A DNA stretch of 62,582 nucleotides, counting the filler, from Choristocarpus tenellus KU-1152 (Eukaryota; Protista; Phaeophyceae): the NCBI GenBank assembly GCA_964200185.2. It is 7 parts of 7 records of this genome, joined end to end, with 100 filler letters (N's around TTAATTAATTAA, not from the genome) between each part and the next. Parts side by side here need not be neighbours in the genome. Positions count along the whole stretch, not along the records: positions 38,293 to 45,814 come from CAXNAD020006029.1; positions 45,915 to 48,467 come from CAXNAD020026827.1; positions 48,568 to 53,872 come from CAXNAD020011212.1; 4 more parts are not named here. One strand, written 5' to 3'. The notes beneath the pieces are model-generated. The model was given only the letters and a program-made list of their open reading frames with translations, was not told the DNA's origin and did no database searches. Shown piece by piece: positions 39,132 through 52,700 of this stretch. Within the stretch, counting starts at the first letter, position 1, and the number at the start of each line of letters is the position of its first letter. The position numbers were made by a program, and so were the translations under genes.

Positions 39132-39679
39132 GAGGCGTTGCAGCGAGTCCTCCGGTCGTTCCGTGGACAGTCCCTGAACCTTGCAGATGATGATGATGAT
39201 GATGATGATGGGGGAGGAAAGGATGGCGATGAAGGTAGTGATGATGACCTCATGGCCACTTCCACTCGCCTTTCACTTCGCTGTCCCCTCGGACTGGTGA
39301 GAAACACACACACCAACATACACACATAAACGCATAAATATATGTGTACACGGGGGGTGGAAGAAATATAGCGGTTTACTTGGTGCAGTGTGATTTATAA
39401 TAAGAGTTATGGAGTGAAAGTGGCAGTAAAATTGTTGTGGCAAGAGCGCTCAAGTCACTGAGAGGAGGGTGCTGGTGAGGTTTAAGGGTCCCTCTTGATT
39501 GTCTGGAGGCCCGTGTTTTTGCAGCACTTAGTGTATGGGTGTTGTGGAGAGTGTCTTTGTCTCTTTTATTGGCATGTTTAGTTTGCACTCTCCTTTGAAT
39601 GGCATCTTGTTTGAGCATAGTTTTTAAAAATCATGTATTAGATATTTTAAAAATCAAGACGGCCGATCGTGCACAACCC

Positions 39680-39712
<33 letters not shown>

Positions 39713-42700
39713 TTGGTGTGGTGTTGATCAGGTACCAATCACATGTCCCAGTCGGGGCCGGCACTGCACACACCTACAGTGCTTTGATCTAATGACATTC
39801 CTTGTCTTCAATGAGAAGTGTGCTGGAGCGGCTTGGAAGTGTGGAGTGTGCAACAAGTCCATTAAGCCTGGTGAATAATTGTAACAATCGGTGAAGATAG
39901 CAATAGTGGTGATGGGGATGATGGTGATGATTTACTGTGTACACCCCTATCCCTAAGGTGTTTGAAAGGTGTAACTGTTGTAATTGATGATCCTGGTCCC
40001 AATGCTGACCCCTGTGTACTTCCCCTACCTTCCCCTTGCTGTTGGAATAGTTCATCTACATGGAAATGGGCATGGCAATGCATGTTAACAATTATCGTTG
40101 TTGATTTAGTTATCACTACAGGGTATCAATTAGTTCATCCTGGTTGGGATTAAATTGTTTTGGAAGCACTTGAATAGGGATAAGAGGTTGGCATAAACCT
40201 ATACACAGCAAGTGTGTCAGATACCTTTCAGTCTCATGCCTTGCTTTGCGTCTACCTTACAGTTCATGGACAACAACTTGATTGTGTGGAATTAATCCCC
40301 TGTGAAATGGCATCAACCAAGCAGATGTTATTTTTGAGGTACTTACCCTAGCAATTGCAACTTAGGACTGTTAGAATGGTGACTAAACCTTGCTTGCAAA
40401 TTTTCATGCTCATAAAACCCCTAACCTTATTTAAATCTCTTGTTTTGTGCTCTAGAATCCTGTGGCGTACACCTACGGCTTTTTTTACTTTTTTATTCTT
40501 ATATCAGTTTTTATTTATTTTCTGCACCCCTCTCTCTTTTTTTTGTGTGTGTGTTTATGTGTTTTTTTTTCACCTTGGAAAACTTGAGGAATTTTATTGA
40601 ATTTCCTCATTTTTTTTTCCATTCATACCATTACGTTAATACATTTTTGTGTGTGTGTGTGTGTGTGTGTCTGTTGATGTATGCATTAGATGATATGGTT
40701 GTTGATACCTATCTGGATGAGGTGGTTCGTGTATTGGGAGAGAAGGGCCGGCTCTTGGAAGTGGAGGAGGTGGAGATTCACAGCACTGGGAAGTGGGAGG
40801 CTGTCAATGGGGATGAGAAGGTGCGTTTTGCGGGAATTGATGGTTGAATTATTTGAATTTTTGAATGGTTTGAATTATTTGAATGGTTTGAATGGTTTGA
40901 ATTATTTGAATGGTTTGAATTATTTGAATGGTTTGAATTATTTGAATTATTTGAATGGTTTGAATGGTTTGAATGGTTTGAATTATTTGAATGGTTTGAA
41001 TGGTTTGAATTATTTGAATGGTTTGAATTATTTGAATGGTTTGAATTATTTGAATTATTTGACCGTGACTTCTTGTTCATCTCTGAGGGTCTATGTAACC
41101 GTATGCTGTACCGACACAAAACCAATGGTTCTTTTTCTTGAAGTGTTGAAGAGTGTCCTCTTGTGGTGCCTTTTGTTATACAGGTATTTGGTTGGTTGGT
41201 TGGTTGGTTTGTTGGTTTCAACAATGCACGCAGTAGGTATGTAGTACTAGGTATGTAGTACTAGGTATGTAGTGGATTAATTTTATATTTTTTGACTGAG
41301 TATGCATGTACTTCCCATTGCGGTTTCATTTGGTCGTAGTTTTGTATGGTGTAGTAGTAAAGATGATTATTATGAATGTCAGAGATCAACTGTTCGGAGC
41401 ATATTGGTAGAATATTTTTTATACTCTGGAGCAGTTGATTAGTTCCTGTATGTATGTACACTTAGGGGGAGGGGCGGGGTTGTTTATTTGAATAGGAGGT
41501 GTTTTGGCCTGTGTTACCATTTCAGAATTGATGATATCGTGAAGTAGAACGCCTGGTGTAATATCTTTTGCTTGTATATTTAATTTTGGGCTTAACTTAA
41601 CTTACATCCCAGTTTGTTTTTTTCTTACAAAATGTGTACCACTGACAATACTGTTTATTTTTATTATTGTTATGAAACCTGCTTTTGAGTGCAGTGGATG
41701 TGGTACGATCTGACTGAAGAGATGTCCACATTGACTTCTTCTCAACTTTCGAAACAAACACGCCTTCGCTGTTTCATTGAAAACTCTGTACTCTACTCTA
41801 CTGTAGAGCATGAGTTACGGTTATGTTTATACACACATAGCACCACCTTGTTGCTGTATCTTCTCATTCATATATATATATTATGTACATAAAATATATT
41901 TTTTTCTATTCTCAATTTTTTGTTGTTGTGTCATCACTCATCAATCAGCCTGGTAAAGTCAGGAGGGACAAACGCCATCGAGCTACAGTCAGTCAAGGCT
42001 CTCTACAACAGGAGGAGAAGGAGGAGGAGGTGAGTTTCTCTCTCTCTCTCTCTCTATCTCTCTGTGTGTGTGTTTCTAGGTAGAAGATTCAATTATATGC
42101 GTTTGTTGTGATTTGATCATCAATGCAATAATTTCAGTTTTGTCAGAGATATGGTATGACTAACCAACCAAAAGAAATTGGTGATGGTATACACGGAGTT
42201 AGTTAATTGTGTCATTGTAGTCTTAATTTGTAGTCTTAATTTCTACCCTGGTGTGTACAGCCGTACTGCCCCTCTGTGAGATTGTGAATTTTTATTGATG
42301 GTGTATGTACGTACTTACATTTAATTGTAATGGTGATGATCATCATTTATATTTTCTTTTTTGATTTTTTTTTGGTTTGGTACATCCTAGAAAGGTATGG
42401 GTCGTTTGAATTTTAGTGTGCAGTATGTGATTCTTTGACAGGAGAAAAGAATCACCCACAGTTGTTGTGGGGGCTGTCTTTGCTGGGGATACAACTTGTG
42501 GCTTCAGTATATAGTGATAGGGTCACTGATTTTATACGAGAAATTGGAGGTTGGCTGCTACTGCTGTAAATATCAGGGTCGATGGATGGGTTTTGTATAT
42601 GTTGTGGGGCGTAGTGACTACTGTATGATGAACTGGACAGCCTAGGACATTCATTGAAAAGTGTAATATTTACTACTCACAACTAACTACATGGATACAT

Positions 42701-45231
42701 TGATGGATTTGAATCTACCCGCTGAGACCTATGGATGAGGCGTTGGTGTTTTTTTCATTGTGGTCCAATAGTTGAATTGACTCTGTTATTTAACTTCTTG
42801 TGGCCAATTTGATTTTGGAGCAGTAGATTATTTCAGTTCACGACAATAATATATATATATATGTGTGTGTATGTGTGTATGTATATGGAGTTTATTTATT
42901 TTGGGGGCATTTCTAGAGGATGAGGGCTGAGGAGAGTACCTCCTGTGTCTGGCTGATGATTGTGCCTTTGTCCTTAGCTGTTGACACTTGACACCTGACA
43001 TCTTTGGGCTGCTATTGTGGTGGGTTAGGGTTAGGTGTACTTATGTGTTTGGTGTGTGTATTGTATCCATGAAAGGAAATAAGTTCGGCATAGTTGATGC
43101 TTCTTTTTCTTTGCTTAGGATTGGAGATAGGGTTAGGGTTGCTGTTGATTTGATTGTACCTGTAGAATATATTGTGAGCTGTTGTATCATTTTCCCCTTG
43201 CTTGCTTGCTATATTTATTTTAATTTAAAGAAGATAGCCCGTGTGGTGTTGTATTAGGGTTAGGGTTAGAGATTTGTTGGCGGATCTGGGGAGAGTAAGT
43301 TGAGTACTACTGTCTAAAAAATCAGAACAGCATTTGTAGTATTGTTGTGAGTCTGTTCATCAAGACCAGTACAGTTGACTGTTCTCTTGACCGGTCTCAA
43401 TGGCAAAGGGTGCCACCAGAAAAATATACAAAATAACTTTATCTTGATAATACTGTGGTATTGGAGATCCCAAATTGGACCTGTCTTTGACATTATTATT
43501 GTAGTATTATTTGGAAGGCTTGGGAAGTGAAATGGAGTGAGTGGACTGTTACAGGGGGGCTGTGACATTGCCTGCGCCCCAAATCCCCCCCCCCCTCTCA
43601 CACACACACACACACCCCTCCCTCGGCTTTTTTGTGTTCTACCTGAATGAAAATAATAATATAATGTGCGACTTACTATGCATTCCAGTGAAAAAAATTC
43701 TTCCCTCTCTGTGGACTCAGTTTCCATCAGATGTGGCGGGGGGAACAGCATCTGCAGTGTCTCTCAATTCAGGGCTTTCCATGGGGGATGCCGACAGTCG
43801 TCTGGGCAATGGCACTGTCTCTCAAGGTGAGGATGGAGATGGGAGGGCAAGGGCGAGGGTGGAGGAGGTTTCTGATATATTTATTGTAGTATATTAATTG
43901 CAATATATTATTTGTAGAAGTGTTCATTTGTTGTCAGATGGTACCTTCACTTTATTTTGTAATATTGGAATTATTGGAGTGATTTGGATGGGCGTATATA
44001 TATATATATATATGGAGACATCTACGGCAATCACCATGAGAGTTTTTTGTTTGATGGCCCAACACCAAACCTGACCCTGAGTTGTACAAAGTAGAGGATC
44101 TTGATGCCGCTTGAGTTGAGAGGAAGTTGTTATTAAGTCGGTTGCAATTGGATCAACAGTGTGTTGTACTCTATGATGGTGTCCACCCCCGTCACGCTGC
44201 TACACTAACTGTTAAAATATAAAATGAAGAATCATCTATATAAATATTATATGAATTTACTATTATGTACTAATTGTAGTATAGTAGTGGTGAATCTTCA
44301 ACTTCTTGCCCTGGTGCTATTGTTTGGGTTATTGCACTATCATTAATAGTAATACTAAGATTAACTGTGAACAATAATTGATATGTATTGAAAGCTAGAT
44401 GATACACCCGTAAAGTGTGAAATGCACACTATTCTAGTGGTACACAAATATGATCATTTAGAGGGTTAAATATCATACCACTACTTTACTGATAGTGGTA
44501 ATAGCAACACTACTACTAGATTGTGTGGTTGGGCGAGCATTATGAATAGGATTAGGGTTTAGTTGACGATGTTGTATGAGTAAGATGATACTGCTGTTGA
44601 TGGTACATTCGGTTGAACAAAATGGGGTCATGAGGAATAAATATAAACAATTGTGGTATGTGACCCATCATACCACATAGAGTAAAAAAAAAAAAATCTC
44701 AGTATTGGCAGAACAGTGTGACTATCTAACTACCCTGAGAGAAACCAATGATGATATGAAGAGTTGAATGTATGTCATGTCAGTGGTATATGTGTATATG
44801 TATATTGCCGTTGTACCATATATCGCTATAATGATCCACTGATCCCCTCAATATCTGTTCGGCCGAAATCTCCAATTTGGCCTCAAATTGTCTAGTAATG
44901 GATTATTGGCTACATTTGAAATTGTGGTACTGCAATAGTCCTGATAGGGCGCCATAACCCCTAATCAGGTTCCGAATATCCTGTTCCTTCCCCCCCTTAC
45001 CTTTATGTCACATGATGCTTAGCAAATTCAACCATGAATCAATCTGACCTTGGTTTGGGGGAAAGGGACTCGTCCAGTGAGGAAGAAGGGGATCCAGAGG
45101 CTGGAGGTGGAGGAGGAGGGGGAGGGGGAGGGGGCGGGGCAGAGCAAGTGGTGTTTGATCTGTCATTGGATAGTAGTGATGAGGAGGATGCGACTGGAGG
45201 GCAAGAAGGAGATAGAGCTGGTAATAGTCCG
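39132..45231 (+). CDS. SP-RING/MIZ zinc-finger E3 SUMO ligase (PIAS/SIZ family), partial
   Basis: Exons 39132-39296 (RLSLRCPLGL), 39732-39870 (PSRGRHCTHLQCFD...WKCGVCNK), 40690-40820 (VVDTYLDEV...EVEIHSTGKW), 41949-42029, 43721-43867 and about 45023-45231, which carries the SIM/acidic motif VVFDLSLDSSDEED. The last junction phase is unresolved. Confidence 0.9.
40844..41061. repeat. 9-bp minisatellite with two unit types (TTGAATGGT / TTGAATTAT) x about 24, intronic
   Basis: Directly visible. Confidence 0.95.
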
Positions 45232-45720
45232 GGTGAGAAAAAAAATGGTCATGTCTGAAGTAGTTTTGTTCTGTGGTGTTTTACTATTTTGGAGGAAGGC
45301 ATTACTGTAGTTTCAATTTTTTAGTATGTAGCTGTATTCGAGTTGTGCTATGATGGACGTAGCTTACTGAAGGGTACAGGGTGGACCAACCTGGCATGAG
45401 GAAGCATACTCTGGTAGGTATGTAATGGAGAGAGGGAAGTTGGTGAGGTTGTGGTGATGTTTTACACTGCTCATCTTGTTTTGTTGTTTTTGTTAAATAT
45501 GCTATCATTGTTTTGAAGGTACAATTTTGTAATTGGTACCTTTTTTTTCTCTGAAATGGTGTGATACACATTTAAATTGTATGGAAAGTTGTACTTTTTT
45601 TTTAGTTTTTTTATTCTCTCTGGTATATTAAGATAAACATTAATTGCATCGTACAGAAAAAAAATATGCATGTTCAGGTTATGATCCTGCTGAAGCTACA
45701 CAGTTGAGTCGAGTATGGGG

Positions 45721-45751
<31 letters not shown>

Positions 45752-45814
45752 AAAAAAAAGCGGAATTTTTTGTTTTTGGAAAAAAAGGGGAAGAAAAAAT
45801 CTACAGAAAAGAGG

Positions 45815-45914
45815 NNNNNNNNNNNNNNNNNNNNNNNNNNNNNNNNNNNNNNNNNNNNTTAATTAATTAANNNNNNNNNNNNNNNNNNNNNNNNNNNNNN
45901 NNNNNNNNNNNNNN
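45815..45914. other. Artificial contig spacer
   Basis: N44-TTAATTAATTAA-N44. Confidence 0.97.
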
Positions 45915-48420
45915 CTGCCCTTCCTGGTCCAACCCATTTCCCAGGACACAAGCCCCCAGGTATGGAACCCCCTGACTCAGCCCTCACCCATCCCTTATCC
46001 CCTGCTACTCCCCCTGCCCCAGTGATTCTTGTGGAAGTCAGAACTTTCTCAGCCCCAGTCACTGACCCTTCCCTGCCCATCCCTGCCGTTCCTGCCATGC
46101 TCATGGCACTTACCCCTCCCCCAGAAACAGCAGTTGCACCTGCTGCCCCACACCTGCTATGCTCCCGAGCACGGGCCAGTGTTACTTGGGTGCGGACCAT
46201 GCTAGCTGTATTGATATTTGGGGCAAGGTTCTTTGCGCCAGTGACCTTCTCCCAATAGGCCCCTATCTCAATCAGTCGTTTCCACAGTCGCCATCTTCTG
46301 ACAACAATAGCTTGTAGAATCTCTTCTTCCTGTGGTCTTCGAAGTGCAGGGTAATCCCCCTTTGCCACACTTCGACCAATCCGACGCACCTGAACACGTG
46401 GGAAGGGATGAGAGGGGGAAGGGATGGGAGGGGGAAGGGATGGGAGGGGATGGAACAAAGGTCTTAATGTAGTAGTTAGAGCAGTGGAGAGAGGAGCAAT
46501 GTGTAATGGCAGCAAGTGGGTGTGCGGAAAGGTGGACGAATAGATGCTTTTAACTTGCTTGTACTACTGGTCTACTGATGGAACGATGGAATATTTTTTG
46601 ACATCATCATCATCATCATCATCATCAACATCACTCCAAGCTTTATCTGTTCACTCAACTATGCTTCACCCTCTCCTACAATAAATACAAGATCACAACA
46701 CAAGCACGGAATACTGAGTCAAAAGGAAGAAGATAATACAATAAATACTAGAAGATAACGAAACCTTGGTAGCTTTCGACCTGATTTGACTTGTGGTACA
46801 AAGAGGTGCCCAATCAAAACCCTATCCCTTACCACCAAATTCCATACTTTTGACAAAAACACTTGCCTTGGGTTGAGAGGTAGAAAACCTCATTCAGAGC
46901 TATCCAGGTGTCCACCAGTCACACGGCACTATTCTTTGACTAAAAAACCCCCAGAAAATCACACAAGAAATGGACAAACAAACACACTACCAGATACACT
47001 TCAATGACCTTGTCCCGGTGTGTGATCAGCTACAGAGGAAGGGGACAAAGATTACAACTAAGTTCAAGCGCCTTGCACACATTGCCAATATTACTTGCCT
47101 ACCTCCCCACCCCCTTCCCCTATCACGGGCACGCACCTCATCGTTGTGGGTCTTCAACCGCCGGGCACGTCTCAGCCTAATTGCCCTCTCCTTACCCTCA
47201 CGTCCCTCAAGTGACCAACGCACAGACTCCGCCAGCTCTATCTCAGCCATCAATACCCCACACTTGTCTGAGCAATACTTGGACGAAGGGCGGCGGGTCT
47301 GGTTGCACCCCTTTGCCTGACACTCAGCAGCCTTGGCATAATCTGGGTCAGAGGTCGGAACGAAGTATCCCCCAACTCCACCACCATGCTCTTCATCACG
47401 TTTCTCAGTAAGCTGCCTCACACACATCCCAGATGGAAAGGGGAGGAGTAGGTTTGTTTTATTTTTTCTTTGGGGGGAGGGGACATGGAACAATTGCGGA
47501 AATATAGTGCAGGTAGGGGGGATTAGGTACAGAACGGGAGGGGCATATATACACACACACACACATACGTGTGTATATATATATGTGTATATATGTGTAT
47601 ATGCTGGATGCAACTCGGTGTGGAAATGGTGGCGAGATCTTAATGGTAAGGCCAGATGTTCCAATGGAACAGTCGAAGCTCATTCCAACTATAAGGGTTA
47701 TACCACGACTACAGGGGTGCGCTGTTCGACTACGGGCAAATGCTTGTCTGAAAGACCACACGCAAATGAAAACTCTTGTAGGTTGCCACTGGACCCATGG
47801 CAGTCACACCTGTAGCATCGCAAAGGGAGGCGCAGACATGTAAAATCTGCTTGGAACCTGTTACTGCGCATAGGGCAGGGGGGATTGGGGGGGTATTTTT
47901 TTTTATTTACAAACACAATAAACTCACATTTACATTGAACACACCCTCTGGCCCCCTGCCCTTTATGTCTCTGTCCAAGAAGCGCAGCATCCTTTGTTGC
48001 TTGGCCCTCCTTCGTGTGATCTCTTTCCGCTTCTCGGCGAATGACATCCTGGGCACCCCTGACACTTCCCCTCCTGCCCCTCCCTGCGATGCCCCCTCTA
48101 CCCTAGCTGACTCGACCCCTAGATGGCCGGAGTTGTCTGGGGGATCACTACCAGGAGGCCCAACAATCCTTACAGCACAGTCTCGGCACATACAGTACCT
48201 ATCAACATTGACTCCCAACCCGCTGGTGGCGGTGCCTGGGAGCATGTCCATCTCGACAGAAACACCCCCACATGATATATGGCACCAAACTTCACACTTG
48301 TCGCAGCAGACAAGGGTCTCTGGTCCCCCTTCCCCACTGCATCCATTGTTTGCAATATCAAAAGCACAGCGCCTTGGTATGGCAATTTGGGATGCGAAGG
48401 GTGGGCAAGGAGGAGGGGGG
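45915..48420 (-). CDS. PHD-finger protein, CFP1/CXXC1/Spp1-like (COMPASS subunit), partial
   Basis: PHD finger CAFDIANNGC...LVCCDKCEVWCHISC...CMCRDC (about 48370-48175). Second exon CQAKGCNQTRRPSSKYCSDKCGVLMA matches the CFP1 C-terminal C-x4-C...SKYCSxxCG motif. Third exon from about 46390 runs to the contig end. Confidence 0.78.
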
Positions 48421-48467
48421 GGGGGGGGGGGGGGAGGAGAGGGTGGGGGGGGGGGGGAAGGGCACGG

Positions 48468-48567
48468 NNNNNNNNNNNNNNNNNNNNNNNNNNNNNNNNN
48501 NNNNNNNNNNNTTAATTAATTAANNNNNNNNNNNNNNNNNNNNNNNNNNNNNNNNNNNNNNNNNNNN
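48468..48567. other. Artificial contig spacer
   Basis: N44-TTAATTAATTAA-N44. Confidence 0.97.
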
Positions 48568-49025
48568 CATTACTCCATACATATTTTACCGTAACTGTCC
48601 GATAGAGTTGGAAGAGTCTAATCGAACATAGTGTTCCTCTATCGTCTAGTTTTCATAGATTTTCGACATTTTTCCCTTACATATAATGGAATACAGAATT
48701 CATCGAAAAGGTCTCGATAGATCGTGTAGAGGCACCTTCAATGCTTCTTTTGCAACAAACCGGACCTCAATCGTCCGTTTGGTTGCTGAGATATGTGATA
48801 TTGAAGTGGGCAACTCCAGGAAGATGTATAGGGAACGAGGAGGTGGTGCACGAAAGAGGTCCCAGGCGACCAAAAGAACAACGAAGCCTATAATTGCAGG
48901 CATGGCGTCACCACCACAGGCAAACACCTGCGGTTCAAGACGCTAGACGGATGACGGAGGAGGGTTCTGCCGCTATTGCATTTGGTGTACTTGGAGCAAA
49001 GCGGGCGACTGGTAAAACTGAGATC

Positions 49026-49720
49026 ATGTCACGAAACAGCGAATCGAGATAGAGATCAAATTGAGGGAAGTGAAAGCAAAGGTGGAGGGCAAAGTTAAGT
49101 AGACTTTCACCATGATAGAGGCCACCGTGACGAGGAAGGAGGAAAACGCGTCAGAGGCTACTATGAGTGCAGTGGTTTGTGAGTAAGATGAGAGACGAAA
49201 GTGGCTAAGCTGATAAGAACTGCGAAGCGGACGTTCTTGCTGAAGCCACGAAAAAGTGTCTTCAACACTCTGAGATGCCAGCAGTGAGTGCCTGAAGAAG
49301 AGGTTGCAACGTTTGAAGGAGCAAGTACAAAAGTTAAGGGAGGAAGAAGAGTGAAAGTATCTTCTTAGAGGGTACGAGTTCTGCCCTGTTAGTCCTTTTG
49401 GGGCTTGGCTTCCCATGGGTTTTTTATTATCTTTTCCTACTCCAAAGTGTTTCGGAGTAGGTCAAATGTATACATTATGAAAAGTTGTGTTCGAAACAAG
49501 GATATTTGATACTTTCTAACAAAAACAATAGCCAAAATTACATCAAAATCACAACATTGGATTTTGTCCCCCAAACGGACGCGGCTTTACCCTCTAAGAT
49601 ACCTCATTGACTCAAATACAACCAGGAAGAACTCGAAAGGGAGAAGATCAAGGTTGACAATCTCCGGAAGGAGCTAGCGTCTTTTGACCCAAACCTTGTT
49701 TTATCCGCAATTGAGATCTG
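49026..49720 (+). pseudogene. Decayed coiled-coil coding sequence, interrupted by a MITE
   Basis: E/K/R-rich frame with stops: KQRIEIEIKLREVKAKVE...LKKRLQRLKEQVQKLREEE [MITE] KYNQEELEREKIKVDNLRKELA. The frame is restored when the MITE is removed. Confidence 0.55.
49349..49613. mobile_element. MITE subfamily B copy nested in the TIR element
   Basis: GAGTGAAAGTATCTT(CTT)AGAGGGTA...TACCCTCTAAGATAC..GACTC; flanks GAA/AAA. Confidence 0.8.
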
Positions 49721-52700
49721 ATCAAACAGAGATTGCCACGACTCTTAAGGAGGAACTACGGTGACACGAGGTGATCGAATGGCCACTTTTCCCAACTTCT
49801 CGTTCCCATCTTGCCCCTAAACAAGCGAATCTCCTACCACCGTCCATGGATGGCTAAGTGAAGTATGTGTAGAACACACCTAAGACACATGAGGAGCACA
49901 TCAGGACCCACCTGCTTGGTTCTCTCCATCTTTGCTTTGTCGTTTGGTTTGGCCTTCGCCAGTTATTACACCCATCATGTGTTCAAGGTTCCTGAATTAT
50001 CAACCACACTTCAATATATCTCGAGCGGTTTTCTTAAATATAAAAGTTAGGAGAAGGATGAGGGGGTTTCCAACAATATCATTGGCCAGACGACAATAAT
50101 AAAACACATAATCTCAATAAAGAAATGACCCCAAAAAAGTGAAATCACGATAAACGGTTTTCATTCCAAAACCTACCAGTTATCATACTTGGAAGTATTA
50201 TTCAAAGGAAGAGCATCAGGTATGGAGTATTTTATTAACTCCTTATCCGACACCTTCCTCAAAAACAGGTAAGAATTGAGGGGAAAGACTACATTCCACA
50301 CTACATCGTACAAGGGCCAAAATCAACACTTCTGCCAACAAACACACAGTGAAAGAGTATAGTGAAAACATTTTATGCCCAAGAATTCACAACAAAGAAC
50401 AGTAAATAAAAAAACGAGTGGATACTGTTCGATTAGACTCTTCCAACTCTATTGGACAGTTACGGTATAATATGTGTGGAGTAACGGAACAATCAATTAG
50501 TGGTAGAGTTTATTAGAACCTTTCACTAGTGACTAGTTGTATGAGAATCTTTCTCGTATAGAAGGAAATATTTATGATTTTATTGGGGTGTTGCATTCCC
50601 CACTTACCTTTAATCAATCACTCTACAGACACCAACCAATCTCGCTGGGTTTATCACCTTTTTCCTATTTGATGATTTTGGGGATACTTTAACAGATACG
50701 ATCTAATAGGGGGAGTGTCACTGTGATTTAAGCGCCCCCCTGACTGACTGCACTGTGTTGTATACATAGATATGTTTTTAGTACCACCATGGTGTTGAAC
50801 TGTCCCACAATGGACCCGCGGCTTTTATGGTGCTTTAAAGAAGGACAAAGAACAGCTTGATATGGATGAACAAAGTTGGTATTACAAGGGCCTTTATGGT
50901 CTCGATTCCGCTGACTGAGAACGTGGGTAAGACCAGTGCAGACTACCATGTGGGATTTGCAACATCCACATAGATAATCAGAAAAGAATGATATCTACTT
51001 ATCATACGTGCCATACATGATATATCAACTGATGATCAAAAAAAAAGCTCTACCTTTCCTCTATTACTCCACCAGTGGTGTCTGCATTTCCTCATCTACT
51101 CCACCGATGGTGTCTATAGTGTACAAGCAACACTATCTACGAACACATGGATGGCACTTTCGGCAAGCAATGCGATAATATCTCATCATCTTCTGCAACT
51201 GAACCTTCTTCAGAGGGGCTGGCTGCATTTCCGATATGGGCACTTTGTGTTCATTGCGTACCTTTCAGAAGCTTTGAAAATAAAACAGAGCCAAGCCGAC
51301 CCCCTCTGAGAAGGTTCATTCAATCAAACAACATTCATACTTCATCTCAAGATGCGGATTCTAATGCCATAATCATCACCAATCACCATTGACATCAAAG
51401 GTAGAGTTAGAGGCACGATTCTGCTACTCCACCTACACCCACCACGTGCATATCATCACCTGCTTCGTCTTCAGCTCCCTGTCCCTCCACATCCTTAAAA
51501 TGACCATATACACCACCTCCATATATAAGATACTTTCACTCTGATTTCAGAGTATAAATCTGTCTTTGCCACAAAATACTACCTGCGAGCAATGAGGATA
51601 TGCAAAGCTTCACATTGACGGGGCTTGGGGTTTCAATGTCCATCTCTCTCGTCAAATGCATGGCGCATCTGGGGGAGTTGAAGACATGGAAGTGGACATG
51701 GAAGTGGCCATATGGGCAAGCCATTCGTTTCAATATTGTTCTCTGATTTTAGACCACGACGTCTCAATGTAATCATCGGACTCTTTGCACTGAGGATTTC
51801 ATTGGAGGTAGTTATGAAGTCAACAAGACTAGGAAAAGCGGAGGCAGATGGATGGCACATTGGTATGTGAAAGTGGAAAAAAAGTCAATGATGTGTGTAT
51901 TTCTACGACACTGAGAATCGTGTTGTTTAAAACCTTCCCACCAGGACTACGGTTGAAGTAGGAATGAATGATGACTTCACCATTGTGTGTACACTACGGG
52001 TGGGACCAGGAAAAGGGTAGTTGAAGAAGACAATGAGATTTAGCACATGCCCGCGATTTATGGCGGACCTCATATGATGTGAAAGAGCATGGTTGCGCAT
52101 AGAACAACTCCTATCAGTGAGCCTTTGTTTCCAATTGGGAAAAATATGGAATTGAATTTGAAGCTCCAGTTCATCTGACACATAATATTATCTACATGTT
52201 CTCCCTTCCATTCTGGATCTTCACGAACTGAATGGGGGATATTGTGTACTAGAAGTTGTGTAGGACGTGTTTTCGGTTCACTGTGATTATTGTTGTCACA
52301 GTCTCCTGGAAGTATGAGAATGGATGAAGACCGTCAGCAAGAGAGTTGAGTTAGAAAAGATGCTGAGGTTTATTGAACTTCACCATGGTGGCAAGAAACG
52401 TGATTATAATGACGACAAAGTTGAGGTTTCGTTATTTTATCCCCTTGTGTACACAATACTACTTCAAGTGCTACCATGCTTCCATTTACACAGAGAGTAA
52501 ACTAATATGTTGATTACTGGCAAGTATCTCATCCTTCATCCGTAATAGAACTATACTGTATAGTAGTTCATTTATACTCAAACTACAACTGCTGTTAGTA
52601 GTACTTCTACGCAATACTCACTCGTCACAGTTGCTGTACATGCTGTCAAGATTATGCTTTGAATTCATGTGGGAAAATGCTTTTTAAGGAAACAATCAGT

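Larger units (their letters stand above)
48573..50481. mobile_element. Non-autonomous TIR DNA transposon (TA-flanked, Tc1/mariner-like ends)
   Basis: 56-bp inverted repeats at 48573-48628 and 50426-50481 (3 mismatches), each flanked by TA. No transposase seen. Confidence 0.75.

Noticed and set aside
40690-41244. LNGLNY and SNHSNN repeat ORFs
   Set aside because: Read-through of the intronic 9-bp minisatellite; the real exon ends at 40820.
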